A DNA stretch of 64,000 nucleotides from an uncultured Methanosarcinaceae archaeon (GCA_963847185.1 CAWJYV010000010.1:192001-256000); one strand, 5' to 3'. Positions 43,104 to 53,287 are shown, numbered from the stretch's first letter. The notes: generated from the letters alone by a model not told the origin. Numbers and translations are program-made.

Positions 43104-44462
43104 TCAAGCTATAAGGAGATAGAGAAATGCTGAAACCCCTGCCCCTGCAAAAGTTGCCACAAAATTGACTCCGCTGTTTGAAAGTATTCCTCTCTTCTGT
43201 AGCGTAGCTCCTAGATAACTGTCTATGTTTGTCCCCATGAAGCCACCTGCTGTTGTAATAAGAACTGTGAGCCAGAAATTGTCAGATACACCCAGTACGT
43301 AGGCAAGGATACCTATTATGGCTGAACCGAAAATTGCAGCAAGCTCCCCAAGTGAGGAAACTGCCCCATCGGCTCCGGGTTCTGAAAGCTTGAGGGTTGT
43401 AATCATCCTTGGCCTTCCTTTTGCCGTTGTCCCTATTTCACTTGCCAGGGTATCTCCTGTTGCTGTTGCAACCGTACCAAGGTATGCATAAATAATCGGA
43501 AGACTGTGTTCCGGAAAAACTCCATATGCAACTGCCAGGACAAGGGCTGCTGTGCTGTTTGAAAACACATTTTCGTAGCTCCGGATTCCGTCTTTAGCCT
43601 GTGCAATCCCTATGGATTCTTTATATGCAAACTTGTATCTGGTAAACCCACCTCCGAGAATAAAAAACGTAAGCAAAAGCAAGAACCAGGACAGCCCGCT
43701 GAAAACAATTATAAGAACTCCAAGAAGGGCGGCACTTAGGAGAGCTGAGACATCAGCAATTTTCGCCTTGTAGGCCAGAAGACCAAGAAAAAATGAAAAG
43801 GCAAGAGCGATAAGCATCTTTTCCGGAGGGACCCAATATCTGAATTCTTCAAAAATCCACATTGTCATTCCTGCGCCCAGAGGCACTGAAATGTTCTTGT
43901 CTATTCTTGAGGGGATTGACTCAAAAAGGGAGCCTGTGACTGCCCCGATTACAGCGATGAAAAATATGAGATTGTATGAGACTGAGAGATTCTGCCAGTA
44001 GACGATCCAGCCTGCCGCAAGGAAAGCTGCAAGAATTCTTATTCCAAGGAAAGCCGAACTCCAGATCATTGAAAAACTTTTCTTTTTAAGCCTGCTCCTT
44101 CTTGATTGAAAATCCTGACCAGAGTCTATTTCCGAAAAAGAAGTTTTATGATTCCCTACTGCCGCAACTGCAAAAGCAGCAAGTACTATGTAAAAAGGAT
44201 ATGTATACGAAAAACTCCCTGAAATTATAGAAACAAATAACATCAGACATAAAGAAAAATAAATACTGATGACTTCCCTGTAGTTTGGAAGAGAACTTCC
44301 CGAAAATCTTAATCCCAGAAAAAGTATGATGGAGAGGAGAAAGAGTAAATTAACTCCTGCAAAAGGGGCTATAAGAATGAGCAGGAAATAGAGAGTGTGC
44401 ATTGCTGGGATCCTATGATCGGTATTCCAGCTTTTTAAATGTCGAGTGGCTCTGTTCATCAT
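43104..44462 (-). CDS. DUF92 (TIGR00297-like) integral membrane protein
   Basis: ENVFSN, GDTLASEIG, DGAVS..GE, DSYLGATLQ, VNF. Confidence 0.88.
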   Translation of the reverse strand: MMNRATRHLKSWNTDHRIPAMHTLYFLLILIAPFAGVNLLFLLSIILFLGLRFSGSSLPNYREVISIYFSLCLMLFVSIISGSFSYTYPFYIVLAAFAVAAVGNHKTSFSEIDSGQDFQSRRSRLKKKSFSMIWSSAFLGIRILAAFLAAGWIVYWQNLSVSYNLIFFIAVIGAVTGSLFESIPSRIDKNISVPLGAGMTMWIFEEFRYWVPPEKMLIALAFSFFLGLLAYKAKIADVSALLSAALLGVLIIVFSGLSWFLLLLTFFILGGGFTRYKFAYKESIGIAQAKDGIRSYENVFSNSTAALVLAVAYGVFPEHSLPIIYAYLGTVATATGDTLASEIGTTAKGRPRMITTLKLSEPGADGAVSSLGELAAIFGSAIIGILAYVLGVSDNFWLTVLITTAGGFMGTNIDSYLGATLQKRGILSNSGVNFVATFAGAGVSAFLYLLIA

Positions 44463-45009
44463 AAGACATCTTTTGTTTTTATACTCCTTCAGGGAAGCTA
44501 GATAAAATATACTTTTCTTTATAAATAGATGGTTGTTTCTTTCTGAGAATTATTACACAATACAAATCAAAATTACACAATGTAGATAAAAAATCTACAT
44601 AGTATTGACAAAAATTTACACGATATAGATCAAAATCAAAATTATCTATTTTACCTTTTTTGGTCTAAAGCTTAATTTAGGCCCTTATAGACCGCTTTTC
44701 ATAGAATATTAAAAAGTTAAATCATTTTTTCTCTATTGTTTTTTCAATTTTTCCCGGCTACTTGAGGTTATGATGAGAATATATTCTCTTTTAATTAGCT
44801 GGAAGCATAGTGATTCTGATCCATAAGTATAACCCAAAATAAGTTCATATTTCATAATCGACAAATCAACCATAAGGGTTACAAGACTGAAACTAATTTG
44901 CTAAACCCATTCAGGTTTTTGATATCTGTTAAGGATTTACATATTATTCAGAGATTCAGGGAAGCATGCAATAGATATAACCAATTTATATTTACTGTGA
45001 GGGGAAAGA

Positions 45010-46440
45010 ATGGAAAATTACGATCTTATTGTAATAGGAACGGGTTCCTCAATGAACTACATAAACCGTATAATCGACTCGAACCCGGAAATGAGAATTG
45101 CTGTTATCGACAAAGACGAACCCGGCGGGATCTGTCTTACAAGAGGATGTATTCCTTCTAAACTTCTGCTCTATCCTGCTGAACTTATACGAGATATAGA
45201 AACTGCATCTCTTTTCGGGATCAAGCTTGAGATCAAAGCCATTGACTTCAGTGTGATCATGGAAAGGATGCGAAAGAAAATAGGAGAAGATATAGAGATG
45301 ATAAGAAAGGGATTGACTGAAAATCCCTATCTTGATTACTATCATGGAACTGCGGAGTTTATCTCTCCATATACTTTGAAAGTAGGCGAAAAAACGCTTT
45401 ACTCAAAGATGATTTTCCTGTGTACAGGCTCAAGACCTGCCATACCTCCTGTTAAAGGACTCGAAGAAGCCGGATATCTTACAAGCGATACCGTGCTTGG
45501 ACTCAAAGAGTGCCCTTCCAATCTTGCTATTCTTGGGGGAGGATACATTGCAGCCGAATACGGGCACTTTTTCTCAGCAATGGGAACGGAAGTCACTGTT
45601 ATCGGAAGAAATTCCCGATTCCTTCCCCAGGAAGAGCCCGAAATCTCCGAACTTGCCAGGATAAAAATGTCGGAATACATGAAGATCCTTACAGACTATG
45701 AAGTCCTGGAGGTCAGAAAAGAAGCTAACGGACAGAAAACTATAATCGGGAAGAATAAAAGTTCGGGAGAAGAAATGAAAATCACTGTAGATGAGATCCT
45801 CGTAGCTACAGGAAGAGTTCCAAATACGGACATCCTCCATCCCGAAAGAGCCGGAATCAAAACGGACATTCAGGGCTGGATTCTGGTAAATGAATATCTC
45901 GAAACTTCACAGCCAAATATCTGGGCTATGGGAGATGCAAACGGGAAATACATGTTTAAGCATGTAGGGAATTACGAGTCCGGAATAGTTTATCTGAACG
46001 CTATCCTGAAAGAAAGAATGAAAGTAGACTACCACGCTGTACCGCACGCAGTCTTTTCCTATCCTGAGATCGCCGGGGCAGGCATGGGGGAGCAGGAAGC
46101 CGTAGAAAAGTATGGAGAAGAAAGAATAGTCATAGGCCTCAAATTCTTTGAAGATACGGCAAAAGGGGCTGCAATGGAGCTCAGAGATTATTTCGTAAAG
46201 GTAATTCTGGATGGCGAGGAAGAGAAAATTCTGGGTGCCCATATTATAGGGCCTCATGCGTCAATTTTGATACACCAGATAATTCCTCTAATGTATACGG
46301 AATCAAGAGGTACGGAACCGATTATGCATGGTATGGTTATCCATCCGTCCCTTAATGAAGTTGTGACCAGCGCGTTTTATTCACGGCTGCCCCTGGAGCA
46401 CTACCATCATTTCTTGAAACATGTGGGCCTTGAGGATTGA
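45010..46440 (+). CDS. Dihydrolipoyl dehydrogenase-family disulfide oxidoreductase
   Basis: GGICLTRGCIPSK, GGGYIAAE, IHPS..E. Confidence 0.9.
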   Translation: MENYDLIVIGTGSSMNYINRIIDSNPEMRIAVIDKDEPGGICLTRGCIPSKLLLYPAELIRDIETASLFGIKLEIKAIDFSVIMERMRKKIGEDIEMIRKGLTENPYLDYYHGTAEFISPYTLKVGEKTLYSKMIFLCTGSRPAIPPVKGLEEAGYLTSDTVLGLKECPSNLAILGGGYIAAEYGHFFSAMGTEVTVIGRNSRFLPQEEPEISELARIKMSEYMKILTDYEVLEVRKEANGQKTIIGKNKSSGEEMKITVDEILVATGRVPNTDILHPERAGIKTDIQGWILVNEYLETSQPNIWAMGDANGKYMFKHVGNYESGIVYLNAILKERMKVDYHAVPHAVFSYPEIAGAGMGEQEAVEKYGEERIVIGLKFFEDTAKGAAMELRDYFVKVILDGEEEKILGAHIIGPHASILIHQIIPLMYTESRGTEPIMHGMVIHPSLNEVVTSAFYSRLPLEHYHHFLKHVGLED

Positions 46441-46567
46441 GTAAAAATTTTCCTTTTCTTCCTTTTCTTAATCTTTTTTTCTTATCTTTTTATTAACTCT
46501 TTTCTTCTTAATCCATTTTTTAACCCTGCCATTCGATCTTTTTTTCTTAATCCTCTCCATTTAATAT

Positions 46568-47398
46568 TTACTTTTTGATCAGGTCAAAAACCCACCTGCT
46601 AATGCCTGGAGCGACGTTTCCGCTGCGTCTGTAAAGTTCCACATCAAGCCCCATTTTTTTGTACTCAGTAATCAGCCCTGGAATCTGGGATTCAGCCTTG
46701 AAGGTGTAGAAATGAACGTATCCATCTTTTCTGACAAGTTTTGAGATTTCATAAAGGAAATGATCCATGCCATAAGGTGTAGGCACAATGGCTCTGTCAA
46801 ACCCATTTTCAGGAACCTGGAGGTTATTAATCTGGGAGATCTCCTCAAAATCTCCCTGAATAACCTTTACTTGCCTTTCAAGCCTGTTGATTCGAAGATT
46901 TTCCTGCAAGTAGGTGCAGGCGTCGGGATTTATTTCGACAGCATACACTTTTGCACCTTTTCCTGCAGCAGGAAGCACAAAAGGGCCTACTCCAGCAAAA
47001 GGAATTATGATGCATTCCCCAGGTGTAATTTTTGAGATAACTCTTTTTCTTTCTGTATACAGACGAGGATTAAAAAAGACTTTTTTTACATCAAGTTTGT
47101 AGGCATAGCCGTTTTCCCTGTGAATGGTTTCTGCAGATTCTCCGAGCAGAAGTTCAAAATCAGCAACTCTATGCTCTCCTTCAAGCTTACTCACCTTATT
47201 AAGTACAGCCCGCGTGTTTCCTCTCATTGAAAACAGTTTTGAGGCAATAACCTCTTTATAAGCCGAAAGTTCTGCAGGAATGGAGATTACTGCCACATCT
47301 CCCACATAATCAAAACGTTTTGGCACCATATGAAGCAGAGGTTCCTCAATTATTCCTCTCATCTCGTCTCGTAAACTCACCCTGTTTCGAAAACTCAT
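46568..47398 (-). CDS. Trm5/Tyw2-family SAM-dependent tRNA-modifying transferase
   Basis: HRENG, FNPRL.TER, FAGVGPF, EINP. Confidence 0.85.
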   Translation of the reverse strand: MSFRNRVSLRDEMRGIIEEPLLHMVPKRFDYVGDVAVISIPAELSAYKEVIASKLFSMRGNTRAVLNKVSKLEGEHRVADFELLLGESAETIHRENGYAYKLDVKKVFFNPRLYTERKRVISKITPGECIIIPFAGVGPFVLPAAGKGAKVYAVEINPDACTYLQENLRINRLERQVKVIQGDFEEISQINNLQVPENGFDRAIVPTPYGMDHFLYEISKLVRKDGYVHFYTFKAESQIPGLITEYKKMGLDVELYRRSGNVAPGISRWVFDLIKK

Positions 47399-47552
47399 TC
47401 AGAATACCTCTGCCTGTCGAACCATAGGCTTTTCAGGATAAATTTTTCAGGATTCTTTTCAGAATATGTTTCGGATAAATTTTCCAGCTTTGCTTTTCAG
47501 GAGTTATTCTAATATATCTTTTTTGTTATAGAAATATAAAATACGGGAAAGA

Positions 47553-47618
47553 AGTAAAGTACAGGGAAATAGGAAATAAAGTACAGGGAAATAAAGTACA
47601 GGGAAATAAAGTACAGGA
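47553..47618. repeat. 15-bp tandem repeat (AAATAAAGTACAGGG), ~4 copies
   Basis: Visible directly in the intergenic region. Confidence 0.85.
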
Positions 47619-47683
47619 ACAGCGGGAAAAATAAAACCAGAAAATTCTCAAAAACATTTCTGGATTATACAGGATTAATTTCA

Positions 47684-48091
47684 ATGAAAATTATTATAGA
47701 GACTCCAAAATACAGTTTTTGGAAGTATTGCAGAACAGAAAAGGGCTATGAAAGATCTTTCTTTTCCCCTCTGCCTGCAATTTTCAATTACGGCTTCATA
47801 GAAGGGACAGAAAGCCCTGACGGAATGGAGGAAGATGTGGTCGTACTCGGACCTCGCCTGCCTAGAGGAAGTACGCTTGAAAGGGAAGATTTTGATGGAA
47901 TAGTAAAGTTCCTGGACGATTCTGTTCGGGACGATAAGAAAGTGGTGTATATCAGCGGGTTTTCTTCTCCTTTTTTGCTTGCTTATTATTTCAGAATTTA
48001 TGCTCTTTTTAAAATCTTCCTCTATGCATGTCGCAAAAGAAAAATCACAGCATGTAAGTTTGAAGGAATTGTGCTAAGAAAATCGCGCTAA
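47684..48091 (+). CDS. Short inorganic pyrophosphatase-family protein
   Basis: IIETPK, NYGFI.GT..PDG...D, DDKK. Confidence 0.75.
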   Translation: MKIIIETPKYSFWKYCRTEKGYERSFFSPLPAIFNYGFIEGTESPDGMEEDVVVLGPRLPRGSTLEREDFDGIVKFLDDSVRDDKKVVYISGFSSPFLLAYYFRIYALFKIFLYACRKRKITACKFEGIVLRKSR

Positions 48092-48208
48092 CAGGTTTCT
48101 AAAAACGCTGAAAAATTATCAGATTCTCTAACCTTTTATTTCTTCTGATAAAACAAGTTAGAAAACTACTAATAATTTAAAGAAGCTTAAAAAAAAGGTG
48201 CTTTTAAC

Positions 48209-49351
48209 ATGCCTTTTCATGTAATGCTGATCCCGACCCTTGGCTGCCCTGCTAATTGCAGTTATTGCTGGAGTTCCGAAGAGAAATCCCCGATAATGAG
48301 TATGGAAACCATAAAAGAAGTGGTTGAATGGCTTAAAGGTTTCAGGGGAGATTCGGTTACTTTTACTTTTCATGGTGGGGAACCTCTTCTGGCAGGTGCG
48401 GATTTTTACAGGGAAGCATTACCTCTACTGGCTGAAAGCTTAAACTCCAGGAGAATAGCCTTTGCGATACAGACCAACCTCTGGAAACTTACTCCCGAAA
48501 TAGCCGAGATTTTTGCCGAATACAATATTCCTATAGGTTCCAGTCTGGACGGCCCGCAGGAACTCAATGACCTGCAGCGGGGAAAAGGTTACTATGAAAA
48601 AACCATGAGAGGACATGAAATTGCCAGGGCTCACGGGCTTGATGTGAGATTCATTACCACTTTTACTTCCTATTCTGTAAAGTTCAGGGAGGAGATTTTC
48701 AATTTTTATCTTGAAAAAGGCTTTACTCTTAAGTTGCACCCCTGCCTGCCTTCTATAAAAGGGGAAAACCCCGAAAAATGGACCCTTTCTCCGGAAGAAT
48801 ACGGAGAACTTTTAATTTATCTTCTGGATAAGTATCTGGAGAACATTGGCAGAATTGAAGTTATGAATATTGATCACCTCTGCAAATGCGTTTTCACAGG
48901 CAGGGGTACTGTCTGTACCTATGTTGACTGCATGGGAGACACATTTGCAGTCGGCCCTGATGGAAGCATATACCCTTGCTATCGCTTTGTGGGCATGCCA
49001 GAATACGTTATGGGAAATGTTTATGACCACCCTACCATGGCAGACCTTGCCCAGTCAGATGCCTGGAAGCTCATGCACAGGTTTAAAGAATATGTGGACA
49101 CAGCATGCGGCAAATGCGCCCATATCAAATACTGCAGAGGCGGCTGTCCTTACAATGCAATAGTTCCTACAAACGGTGAAATAAAAGGTGTAGATCCGCA
49201 CTGCATTGCTTATAAGATAATTTTTGATGAGATAAACAACAGGGTCAACGAGGAAATGTTTGGTTCCTCTGGTATGATGAATATGTTCCAGCCTCAGTCT
49301 ATGGAGCCTTCAAGATCGGGCATAATGTCTCTAATGCTTAAAAAGATCTAA
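48209..49351 (+). CDS. Peptide-modifying-type radical SAM/SPASM enzyme (methanogen TIGR04083-like)
   Basis: CPANCSYC, FHGGEP, SLDG, IYPC..F, CGKC..IKYCRGGC. Confidence 0.88.
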   Translation: MPFHVMLIPTLGCPANCSYCWSSEEKSPIMSMETIKEVVEWLKGFRGDSVTFTFHGGEPLLAGADFYREALPLLAESLNSRRIAFAIQTNLWKLTPEIAEIFAEYNIPIGSSLDGPQELNDLQRGKGYYEKTMRGHEIARAHGLDVRFITTFTSYSVKFREEIFNFYLEKGFTLKLHPCLPSIKGENPEKWTLSPEEYGELLIYLLDKYLENIGRIEVMNIDHLCKCVFTGRGTVCTYVDCMGDTFAVGPDGSIYPCYRFVGMPEYVMGNVYDHPTMADLAQSDAWKLMHRFKEYVDTACGKCAHIKYCRGGCPYNAIVPTNGEIKGVDPHCIAYKIIFDEINNRVNEEMFGSSGMMNMFQPQSMEPSRSGIMSLMLKKI

Positions 49352-49446
49352 AACAGGTTATGTAGCAAATATCTGAAAGCGGGTTAATACTGAAAATTCA
49401 TGAATTAATCAAGCTTTTAATTATCTGGTAATCATACTTTAGCCGT

Positions 49447-49553
49447 GGGTATGAGTTATTGATCAAGTCCGTAAAGCGAGTATATCTACTGCATATTGGG
49501 GAAATGTAGGGAGATTCCTGTGCTTTCAGTTTTCAATAACTCACCCTACTACC
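49447..49553. repeat. ~105-bp dispersed element with terminal IR, copy 1
   Basis: TGAGTTATTGA (49452) / TCAATAACTCA (49543); homologous to 59362-59470. Confidence 0.8.
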
Positions 49554-49716
49554 TCAAATTTCTTGTGCAATATATTGAGAATGCACTAAAAATGCCTTAT
49601 TTTGTATTTAATCGAAACCTCTTTATTCTTGAGTTGCATAAATAGGATAGTGGATTCCGGTTTGTTTGTAAATCAAATAAATAATTATCGGAGATCTTGT
49701 GATCTGGAAGGTTTGT

Positions 49717-49827
49717 ATGGACCATGATGACTTGATACAGCAAAACAGAATAATGAACAAAGTAATGATCTGTACTTTCGGTGTACTGCTTACTTTGTTG
49801 GCGCTAATCGGTTTGTATGGTGTCTGA
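49717..49827 (+). CDS. Unannotated 36-aa single-TM microprotein
   Basis: MDHDDLIQQNRIMNKVMICTFGVLLTLLALIGLYGV; GGAAGGT SD-like motif immediately upstream. Confidence 0.65.
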   Translation: MDHDDLIQQNRIMNKVMICTFGVLLTLLALIGLYGV

Positions 49828-50064
49828 ACTTTATCTTTTAAAGGTTAGAGTTCAGGAGAATGCGGCAATTTAATCGGAAGAATTGCAGGCTTCTCATAAC
49901 CCTGACTTTTCGTAAAGCGCAAATGAAATAAGAGTTTATTTTGGACAAGGAACCGGATTTTTCTTTATGGTTCCAGTTGTTACCTGAAGTTCCCTGGGAC
50001 CTCAGGAAGCCCGGAGTTTTCGGGTTTTCCGCAGGTCTTACAGGAAGGAACATTTCCAGCTTAT

Positions 50065-50284
50065 TGGCCAGCCCGGCAGTGGACGTTGTGGAAAAAATGG
50101 CTGGCTAAAAGAGTGGAAAATAACAACTTCTTAAGTACAATCTCCAGTTTCTTGGCTGGCCCGGCAGAGGACGTTGTGGAAAAAATGGCTGGCTAAAGGA
50201 ACGGAACATAATAACTCATCAACTGCAATATTCAACTCATTAGCCAGCCCGGCAGAGGACGTTGTGGAAAAAAATGGCTGGTTA
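50065..50284 (+). repeat. Three tandem stem-loop units, 88-bp period (candidate ncRNA array)
   Basis: Units at 50065, 50153 and 50241: T(G/A)GC(CA/TG)GCC-CGGCAG(T/A)GGACGTTGTGGAAAAAAT-GGCTGG(C/T)TA. Confidence 0.9.
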
Positions 50285-50554
50285 AAAGAGCGAATATAAT
50301 TTTCTACACTTTATACCAGGTTCTGAAAAAGGCTCCGGAAAGGAGCTTATAAAAGAGGGTTTTAAAATCCTGGAAAAAGGTGTTAAGGACAGGAAGAGAA
50401 CAGGGAGTGTGAACCCTAAAAGAGTAATCGTTGAGACGGCCCTGGGTGATGAGAACAGAGGAGATGAGATCTCCTTTTTTCAAGTTTCAGGGTCACTTTT
50501 TTAAACCAATTTATTTAGGTTCAAGTTTGAGCTTAAAATCTGGTGGCAAAATTA

Positions 50555-50684
50555 TTTTTTTTCAGAAAACCAATTTTATTCTCAAATCAGTAAATATTCA
50601 TAACTATTTTTGTGGTCAGAAACTATATTGATTATTCGGAATACGGGATTTAGAGAAGCGATTTTGAGTTTCGGGATCGACTCT
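50555..50684. mobile_element. MITE-like element, diverged copy
   Basis: Aligns by eye with 53896-54028; right end TTTTGAGTTTCGGGATCGACTC. Confidence 0.55.
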
Positions 50685-50812
50685 TAGAGTAAGATTATCT
50701 TACAATATAGGTAATACTATCTCATAATTCGCGTGAGATTATTTTACAATTCAAGTAAGATTATTTTATGATTTAGGTGAAGTATCTCACAATTGAGATT
50801 GGGTGAAATATT

Positions 50813-51442
50813 TTGAAACCTGGAGCAATGTTGGTCTGGAAGGAAACAAAAGGATACTGTAAATTGAGAAGGAGTAGTCTTTTATTTCTTTCTTTACTTG
50901 CAGGCCGGGTTGCAGCAAAAATTCTTGACCTCTGTGCTCTTCCTGAGATCATGGATTTACTATGGCAGATAATTAAATTCAATACCCGACACCTCACTCC
51001 AATAGAGGAACAGGAAGCTAGAAGCGTATTTGGAGAGAGTATCAATTATTCAAAAATACGTATCGATGAACATTCGCTCATTGCCTGGATAGGAGCAAAA
51101 ATAAACAAGTGTTCGAGTATGGGTGTTACCACTTTCCATACAATTAATTTTAATCAAAAAATCAGGACTGAAACCGGAAACCAAGATATGAAATGGCTTA
51201 TTCACGAGTTAACCCATATTGCTCAAATGGAGAGGTCAGGTTCGAAATACTTTGTTGAATCACTTTATGCACAGGCAACTGAAGGATATGCATACAAGCC
51301 TGGATCCAGACATCATTTGCGTGAGTATAACCGAGAGCAACAGGCATCCCTTATTGCAGATTATTATTTTACACTTATTTCAGGAAGCTCGACTGCAATT
51401 TATGATAGCTATATCGCAGAACTGAAAGCTGGAGAATTATGA
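50813..51442 (+). CDS. HExxH zincin-like protein (DUF4157-like)
   Basis: RHLTPIE..ARSVFG.SINYSKIRI, LIHELTHIAQ, YNREQQA. Confidence 0.75.
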   Translation: MKPGAMLVWKETKGYCKLRRSSLLFLSLLAGRVAAKILDLCALPEIMDLLWQIIKFNTRHLTPIEEQEARSVFGESINYSKIRIDEHSLIAWIGAKINKCSSMGVTTFHTINFNQKIRTETGNQDMKWLIHELTHIAQMERSGSKYFVESLYAQATEGYAYKPGSRHHLREYNREQQASLIADYYFTLISGSSTAIYDSYIAELKAGEL

Positions 51443-51532
51443 GATGTAGAGGATAAATATAAAATAAAGCCACAATTTACTGATAATCTCAAACAATTCA
51501 ATTCATTCATTTCATCCTTTTATTATTTTATT

Positions 51533-52156
51533 TTACCTTTTTATTATTTTCATTACCTCAGCAAGATCCTCAGCAATCATCTCTCGTTTTGATTTCTCGA
51601 TCAGGTAATTCTGCCCAGTCTGCACGTATGAAGGAAAAACTCGCTTGCCCTGATAATAAAATTCATTCTTCCTGATTTTGTATGTAGAGCCGGCTGGAAT
51701 AACGTTTTTGCCGCTCTGCCGCTTGCTGATATAGTTAAAAGCCTTTATCGCAACATCTCCCATTAACAGGTAAACCTCAAGATTCGGAAAGAGAGCAAGT
51801 TCTTTTTCCAGCATAAAAGAACAATTCTTGATTGTTACAGCCGAAACCCCGTATTGAATCTTTGCACATTTTACCGCAGTCGTCAGGTAGAATCCAAGGT
51901 CAAGAATTTCCTGCATGCTGCTCACTGAAACTCCTGCGTCATTGAAAGCCTGAAGAGTTGTTTTCAGGTAAAAAGATTCTTCAGCCCCATAGAAGTAATC
52001 TTTCCGATCCTCAGGCGGAGCTTCGGAAATCATGACTGTTTTGATCTTCTCAGGCTGTATGTCCACAGCAGGTACAAAATATCCTCTTTTGTTTATGTCG
52101 GAACAGGGAAAGTCCTTACATTCAATGTACTCAGAAGGTTTCATTTTGAGACTCAC
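51533..52156 (-). CDS. Uracil-DNA glycosylase-like family protein
   Basis: MISEAPP, TTAVKC, LLMGDVA motifs. Confidence 0.75.
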   Translation of the reverse strand: MSLKMKPSEYIECKDFPCSDINKRGYFVPAVDIQPEKIKTVMISEAPPEDRKDYFYGAEESFYLKTTLQAFNDAGVSVSSMQEILDLGFYLTTAVKCAKIQYGVSAVTIKNCSFMLEKELALFPNLEVYLLMGDVAIKAFNYISKRQSGKNVIPAGSTYKIRKNEFYYQGKRVFPSYVQTGQNYLIEKSKREMIAEDLAEVMKIIKR

Positions 52157-52482
52157 CTTAATTTGACTCCAGCTTACAGGGAATGATTTTTACAGATAAA
52201 TTTGTTATGTTATTTATCCTGAAAAAATTAAAAGATATGTACAAAAATATTCACAAAAGATACATACAAAAGATATGGGCAAATTCAATTCTAAAACTGG
52301 CGAGTAAAAAAGAATAGGCACAAAAGCAGACCAGCTCGAATAGCTCAAAAATTAGACTTGTTTTCTCTTTCTGAGCAATCTGTATCCTCTGTAACAAGGC
52401 AACAGGGAGAAAACAGCCATAACAAGACACAATCTGGCTGATAATATTGACCGCAGCTGTCCTGCAGACTGTTTGTTTAGCG

Positions 52483-52833
52483 TTAACACACTCCCAGGCC
52501 TTTGAGAAGCTGCTTTAAATCCGCCTTTGAGCTCTCAACAAAGACTCCCCTTGTTCCTGAAATTATTATGGTCCAATCGCCGCCGCTGTACATCCAGTTA
52601 TGCTGAGGTACCCAGTTCATTTTGTAGAGCTCAGTATAAGCGCTAGCCAGAGCATCGAACATCATGTTCACGGCTCCGCAGAATTTAGCGGTCATCCGTG
52701 CCATCTCTTCCGGCATCTCACCTTTTGATTTGTAATCCACAAGTTTTCCTTCGGAACTGAAAATTCCGGCTGCCATTACCCCATCAAATTTCAGAAGCTC
52801 ATCTAAAGATAAATTACATTCCTGTCTGTTCAA
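52483..52833 (-). CDS. DUF2173 family protein
   Basis: LDELLKFDGVMAAG.F..GKL..Y; W.P..W.YSGGD. Confidence 0.75.
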   Translation of the reverse strand: MNRQECNLSLDELLKFDGVMAAGIFSSEGKLVDYKSKGEMPEEMARMTAKFCGAVNMMFDALASAYTELYKMNWVPQHNWMYSGGDWTIIISGTRGVFVESSKADLKQLLKGLGVC

Positions 52834-53287
52834 ACCCTAACCCCCCAAATAAGTTAATAATTTCTGGAAATATCCGGAACTGAAGCTTGCAAAGCTTGAG
52901 GGCTTCATGTAAAATTCCCAATATATCCACAGGTTCACAGGCTTTTTTCGTTGTCTGTGTATAAATTGTATTGAGATAATATTATATAAATATATCAAAT
53001 TAAAAGGGGGGAATCGAGTCATATATTAGAAGACCAGTTTTTAGTACCGTAAAAATTTGCAAAACCAGAGATAGAGTCAGTCCACCACTCTGGTATATCT
53101 ACCATTCACTTACTATTGTCCTCTCACCATGTTATTTTAATTGTATAATACTCCTCACCATCATTTGTTCACCAGTATTCGCTTACCAGTCTATTTCACC
53201 AGCACCCGCTCACTGCTATTACTGCATATACGAGAAAATTACAGTATGCACAAAGCTATTATAAAGTCTGACTTACACTAAAATCTC

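Noticed and set aside
44550-44640. Degenerate ~21-bp repeats upstream of the DUF92 gene (similar short repeats at 47420-47500 and 55890-55960)
   Set aside because: Low-complexity intergenic repeats with no evidence of a specific function
49724-49827. Box C/D guide RNA (ATGATGA ... CTGA)
   Set aside because: The boxes are ~100 nt apart with no convincing C'/D' or terminal stem; a coding interpretation with SD fits better
50065-50284. CRISPR array interpretation
   Set aside because: Linkers are homologous to each other rather than unique spacers, there are only three units, and no cas genes are in the window
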